DNA of 64,000 bases, from positions 6,528,001 to 6,592,000 of the forward strand of contig CAVUSO010000001.1 in assembly GCA_963744145.1 (NCBI GenBank). Direction: 5' to 3'. Every line of letters begins with the position of its first letter. Position 1 is the first letter of the stretch. This document shows, piece by piece, positions 60,355-64,000 of this stretch. Under the pieces are notes generated by a model. That model was not told where the DNA came from. It ran no database searches and was given only the letters and a program-made list of their open reading frames with translations. Origin of the DNA: an uncultured cyanobacterium. GTDB lineage: Bacteria > Cyanobacteriota > Cyanobacteriia > Cyanobacteriales > CAWUOF01. The position numbers and the translations under genes were made by a program.

Positions 60355-62685
60355 ATGAAAAAAATTCCCCAAATTTTAATGAAAAATTACCTGAAACATC
60401 ATGATCCTCAAGCCAGGTTAAATCAATATAATTTTCTCAATCAATTTAACTGGATCAAACCCATTCTGGAAGAACTTAAGCCAGAGCTTTTTCCTCCAGA
60501 AGATTATCAAGAAATTTTAGAATTAGAAAAAAATGTCGATAAATTACATTTTAATGATTTACTTTATAGACAATATCGCTGTATCACTCACAATCCTTTA
60601 GACTGTCATCTATCCCAACCAAAAGTCACCGAAAATTTAGAGTCTAAATACTGTCAAGAATGTCGCTTTCCAATGATTTTGCGATCGGCAACAGAAATAC
60701 AAGGAAAACGGGGAAGATATAAAATCGAAAAGTTTTTAAATCGTCGAGGATTAGGACGTTTATATCAAGGAATGCAAATCCCCCATAACCAGGTAGTAGT
60801 CATGAAAGAATATCTGCTACCCGATCGCTGTTTTAATCAGGAAGAAGCTAAATTGAGAAAGCAAGCATTTGAGCATCTTGCTGGTTGTAATCTAGCTGAT
60901 GGGAGAATCCATAATTTTCGTTTCATTGAAAGCTGGGATGCGATCGCTGATCCAGTTGAGCCACGTTGTTATCTAATTACACTTGGTAACTTAGACTCAA
61001 GCTTAACTCTGCGGGAATATCTCAGGGAAAATGGTTCATTAAACCAGGAGACAGTGCTAAAAATTCTGGCTCAAGTGCTACAAAGCTTAGAATCTCTGCA
61101 CGGACAAAAATTTTCTTTTCCTGGTGGTCAACTATTATCAGGAATTGCCCATGGTAATATTACTTTAGATACTCTCCTGATTGGCAAAATTTTCGACTCA
61201 GCACCTGCTAATTCTAATCTTAATGATTCTATTTTAGAAACTGATTTTTTCATTTATCTATCAGACTTATCATTGTGGGAACATTTATTTAATCCCTTAC
61301 CGATCGAAAGTTTTAGTCCTACTGTAGCTGATGATCTAGGTGCTTTAGGTAGAATCGCATTTTACCTTTTACTAGGACAAGAATTCAACCCTAATACCGG
61401 TCAAATATTTAAACCGGAAGAAGATCAGCAATGGCCAAAAGTAAATCTGGATGTGAAAAGATATATTCTCAATTTAATGGGGATTGGTACTTCCTTTGCT
61501 AATGCGGAAATTGCCCGTCAAGCGATCCCCAAATTACCTCCAGATATCTTAATTGATCAATCTCCAGAAATTAAACCCGAAGTAAAAAAGAAGGTCAAAT
61601 TTTATCGGGGTTTATGGATGATTTTAACCGGGTTAGGTTTGGCAGCATTAGGATTAATTATTTGGTCTTTATTAGGCAGATTTTTTCAACCAAATAAGGG
61701 GAATAGTGATGTGTTATTAGGTGCGATCGCTGATGTATCTGCTATTCCTCCCGGAAAATTTATCTACACGGGGGAAGAAGATGGAATTTGGACTTATATA
61801 CTCCAGCAAGAAAACCTCATTGCTAAGGGAAAAACGTTAGCTCAGGAATTGCAAAAAGCTCAACCAAAATTAAATCTAAGTTATCAACCCGAACCATCTG
61901 TAGAAGAAGCAATTGCCAAAATTAGAGCTGAAAAAGCAGAGTTTCTGATTACCAGTTTAACTGATAACTTAAGTCCTGATTTAGACAAACAAGAAATTGC
62001 TTATGATGGGTTATTAGTTTTCGTTGATTTCAGTTATGTGCAGAGAGAAAATGGACTAACCGAAGCTTTGAAAGGACAGATTACTTTAAGACAATTGCAA
62101 CAATTATATACGGGACAAATTACCAATTGGTCGCAACTTGGTGGTCCAGATTTACCAGTTCAACTCTACATTCCCGACGAAGCTGAAGCGATCCAAATCT
62201 TTGAACAGCGTGTCCTCCAAAATGAAAGATATATTGCCGATTTTAGAAAATTATTACAACAGGAACAATCACCGATTATCCGTCTTTCCACTTTCGATAC
62301 CCTGAGACGAATAATTCAAGATTTCGAGTCGAAAAAAAATGGAGGGATTGCTTTTGGAACAGTCAGTAAAGTTTTTGGACAATGTTCCGTTTATCCTTTA
62401 GCGATCGGGGAAAATGACCAACCTCCAGTCCAAGCATTAATTCAAGATAACGGTATTCCCGTCAATCCCTCAACGAATTTATGTAATCAAAAAGGAAATT
62501 ATCACCCTAACCTGCAATTATTTAAAACCAAAACCTATCCTCTTGCCTATAATATTGCCGTAGTTTATCCTAAAGATAACAGCCGTCCGCGGGTTGGTGC
62601 TAAATTTGTTGAGTTGCTCCGAACTAAGGAAAGTCAGCATTTGCTCACTCAAGCAGGACTTATCCCTCTCCAATCCTGGTACTGA
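60355..62685 (+). CDS. Ser/Thr kinase-like domain + TM + PstS-like periplasmic binding domain
   Basis: Cys cluster; RY.I.K.L..RGLGRLY; IAYDG..V; TGQITNWSQLGGPDLP; YPLA. Confidence 0.85.
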   Translation: MKKIPQILMKNYLKHHDPQARLNQYNFLNQFNWIKPILEELKPELFPPEDYQEILELEKNVDKLHFNDLLYRQYRCITHNPLDCHLSQPKVTENLESKYCQECRFPMILRSATEIQGKRGRYKIEKFLNRRGLGRLYQGMQIPHNQVVVMKEYLLPDRCFNQEEAKLRKQAFEHLAGCNLADGRIHNFRFIESWDAIADPVEPRCYLITLGNLDSSLTLREYLRENGSLNQETVLKILAQVLQSLESLHGQKFSFPGGQLLSGIAHGNITLDTLLIGKIFDSAPANSNLNDSILETDFFIYLSDLSLWEHLFNPLPIESFSPTVADDLGALGRIAFYLLLGQEFNPNTGQIFKPEEDQQWPKVNLDVKRYILNLMGIGTSFANAEIARQAIPKLPPDILIDQSPEIKPEVKKKVKFYRGLWMILTGLGLAALGLIIWSLLGRFFQPNKGNSDVLLGAIADVSAIPPGKFIYTGEEDGIWTYILQQENLIAKGKTLAQELQKAQPKLNLSYQPEPSVEEAIAKIRAEKAEFLITSLTDNLSPDLDKQEIAYDGLLVFVDFSYVQRENGLTEALKGQITLRQLQQLYTGQITNWSQLGGPDLPVQLYIPDEAEAIQIFEQRVLQNERYIADFRKLLQQEQSPIIRLSTFDTLRRIIQDFESKKNGGIAFGTVSKVFGQCSVYPLAIGENDQPPVQALIQDNGIPVNPSTNLCNQKGNYHPNLQLFKTKTYPLAYNIAVVYPKDNSRPRVGAKFVELLRTKESQHLLTQAGLIPLQSWY

Positions 62686-62805
62686 CTTAAAACTTAACAA
62701 ATTTAACTCAAAAAAAGTGCTATTTTGAGTTAATGATCAGTGTGAAAATTAATTGCTAGAATAGATTTCAGGATCATGCTGGATCAAAGAGGGAGAATTA
62801 GGTAA

Positions 62806-63345
62806 ATGTCCGACCCAAACAGCCAAAATACTAATGGTCAAAATGCGCGGGAGCTAAACTATGTTACAGCTAATCGCTTTTATGTAGAAATAGAAAGTAC
62901 AATTACTGCTTGTTTTACCGAATGTAATGGTTTGGGAGTCACAATTAAAGCTGAAAAATATTCTGAAGGTGGAGTAAACGATCAACAGAGACTGCTCTTA
63001 GGTCAAGCAGAATTTGCTGATGTCACTCTCAAACGGGGAATAACCAATGATTTGGTTTTTTGGACTTGGATTAGTGCTATCTTAAGTGATAGTAGCAAAA
63101 AAGAGCGTCGTAACGTTAATATTTTGTTATTTAATCAAGCTGGAGAAACCATGCAATGTTGGACTTTAATTGGTGCAGTTCCTGTTGCTTGGAAAACACC
63201 ACCATTAAAAGCAGATGCTAATACCGTCGCAATTGAAGAATTAACCTTAGCTTATGAAGGTTTAAAAGTAAATAATAAAGGTGGTAGTAGTGGTGCTTCG
63301 ACTTTAGCAGGACGTGATAAATTAGGCTATTTTTCTAGTAATTAA
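62806..63345 (+). CDS. Phage tail tube (gp19-like) protein of a contractile injection system
   Basis: RFYVEI..F.EC.GL, EGGVN, VTLKRG and A.EELTLAYEG motifs. Confidence 0.93.
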   Translation: MSDPNSQNTNGQNARELNYVTANRFYVEIESTITACFTECNGLGVTIKAEKYSEGGVNDQQRLLLGQAEFADVTLKRGITNDLVFWTWISAILSDSSKKERRNVNILLFNQAGETMQCWTLIGAVPVAWKTPPLKADANTVAIEELTLAYEGLKVNNKGGSSGASTLAGRDKLGYFSSN

Positions 63346-63347
63346 TT

Positions 63348-63818
63348 ATGGAAATATTGGGGAAAACAAAACATAATTTTCACAAACCTTTGGGGATCAA
63401 GAACTTTTTAAGCAGTCACCAACCCCTGGAGCAACATTTAATTAGTCCGCAATTTTTAACACCATTAGCATGGGAAACCTTTACCACAACCAAAAGTGAG
63501 TCGATCACCTTAACACCTGTGCGGGAAGTCAATCAATGGAAAGAACAATTACCCGTTTTTCTCTCTCCTGAAATTACCATTGATCCTACTACTAATCATC
63601 CTCACTATCCCCCATCAACTACCAGCAAAAATCCTCACCAAACCATAGGAAGTAATCCTACTTTTGTCCCAGAAAATCCCCTTTCCTACTCGATCGAATC
63701 TCCCCTAGTCCAAAAAAAATCTCTTCAGATTGAAGAATTAGCTAGGGAAATTTATACCAATATTAAACATTGGTTACAAATAGAAAGAGAAAGAGCTGGT
63801 AATCGCTACTTTCGCTAA
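63348..63818 (+). CDS. CIS-associated hypothetical protein
   Basis: C-terminal ELAREIY....L.IERER.G; lies between two tube-related genes. Confidence 0.7.
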   Translation: MEILGKTKHNFHKPLGIKNFLSSHQPLEQHLISPQFLTPLAWETFTTTKSESITLTPVREVNQWKEQLPVFLSPEITIDPTTNHPHYPPSTTSKNPHQTIGSNPTFVPENPLSYSIESPLVQKKSLQIEELAREIYTNIKHWLQIERERAGNRYFR

Positions 63819-63862
63819 TATGGGTTTAAACCTTTCCTTTCATCTACGCGGATTTAAAAAAT

Positions 63863-64000
63863 ATGTCTCAACTAAAAAAAGCTCAACTCATTCCCAAAGT
63901 TCCTGACAGTGGTGTAGATACCATTGAATTTATGTTCAATCCAGCTAAACTCAGTTTTAGTAGAAGTATTAATATTAGCGATCCTAAAGGTGCAAGGACT
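63863..64000 (+). CDS. CIS tube-initiator (Afp7-like) protein, 3' truncated by window
   Basis: MSQLKKAQL..IEFMFNPAKLSFSRS. Confidence 0.75.
   Translation, partial: MSQLKKAQLIPKVPDSGVDTIEFMFNPAKLSFSRSINISDPKGART

Noticed and set aside
333..62700. Many 60-120 aa ORFs overlapping larger genes
   Set aside because: Antisense or alternate-frame shadows of well-supported CDSs

Overview
AT-rich cyanobacterial chromosomal segment: HIP1 octamer GCGATCGC throughout, kaiABC, ycf54, ycf20, bciB and a putative CGATCG methyltransferase. Most of it is housekeeping (cbiET end, msrA, malic enzyme, tlyA, folD-crtE, pdxJ, rimK, sbpA-cysT-cysW, gmd, wza). Accessory DNA is interspersed: (i) a tandem triplication of a Uma2 nuclease gene with a readable microhomology junction; (ii) a decayed toxin-antitoxin cluster next to an ISNCY-type IS with TIRs and a 9-bp TSD, whose transposase is broken by a 28-bp palindrome; (iii) a nuclease-ParA/ParB-like island bounded by a 32-bp target duplication; (iv) a 3.3-kb methyltransferase/2OG-dioxygenase/SDR/SMR cassette between kaiC and a 174-bp decayed copy of the kaiC 3' end; (v) the start of a contractile injection system locus at the right edge, preceded by a pseudokinase-PBP gene and a CIS-leader-like/PCD fusion. 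I saw no rRNA, tRNA or CRISPR array. All family calls come from motif recognition by eye; no searches were run.
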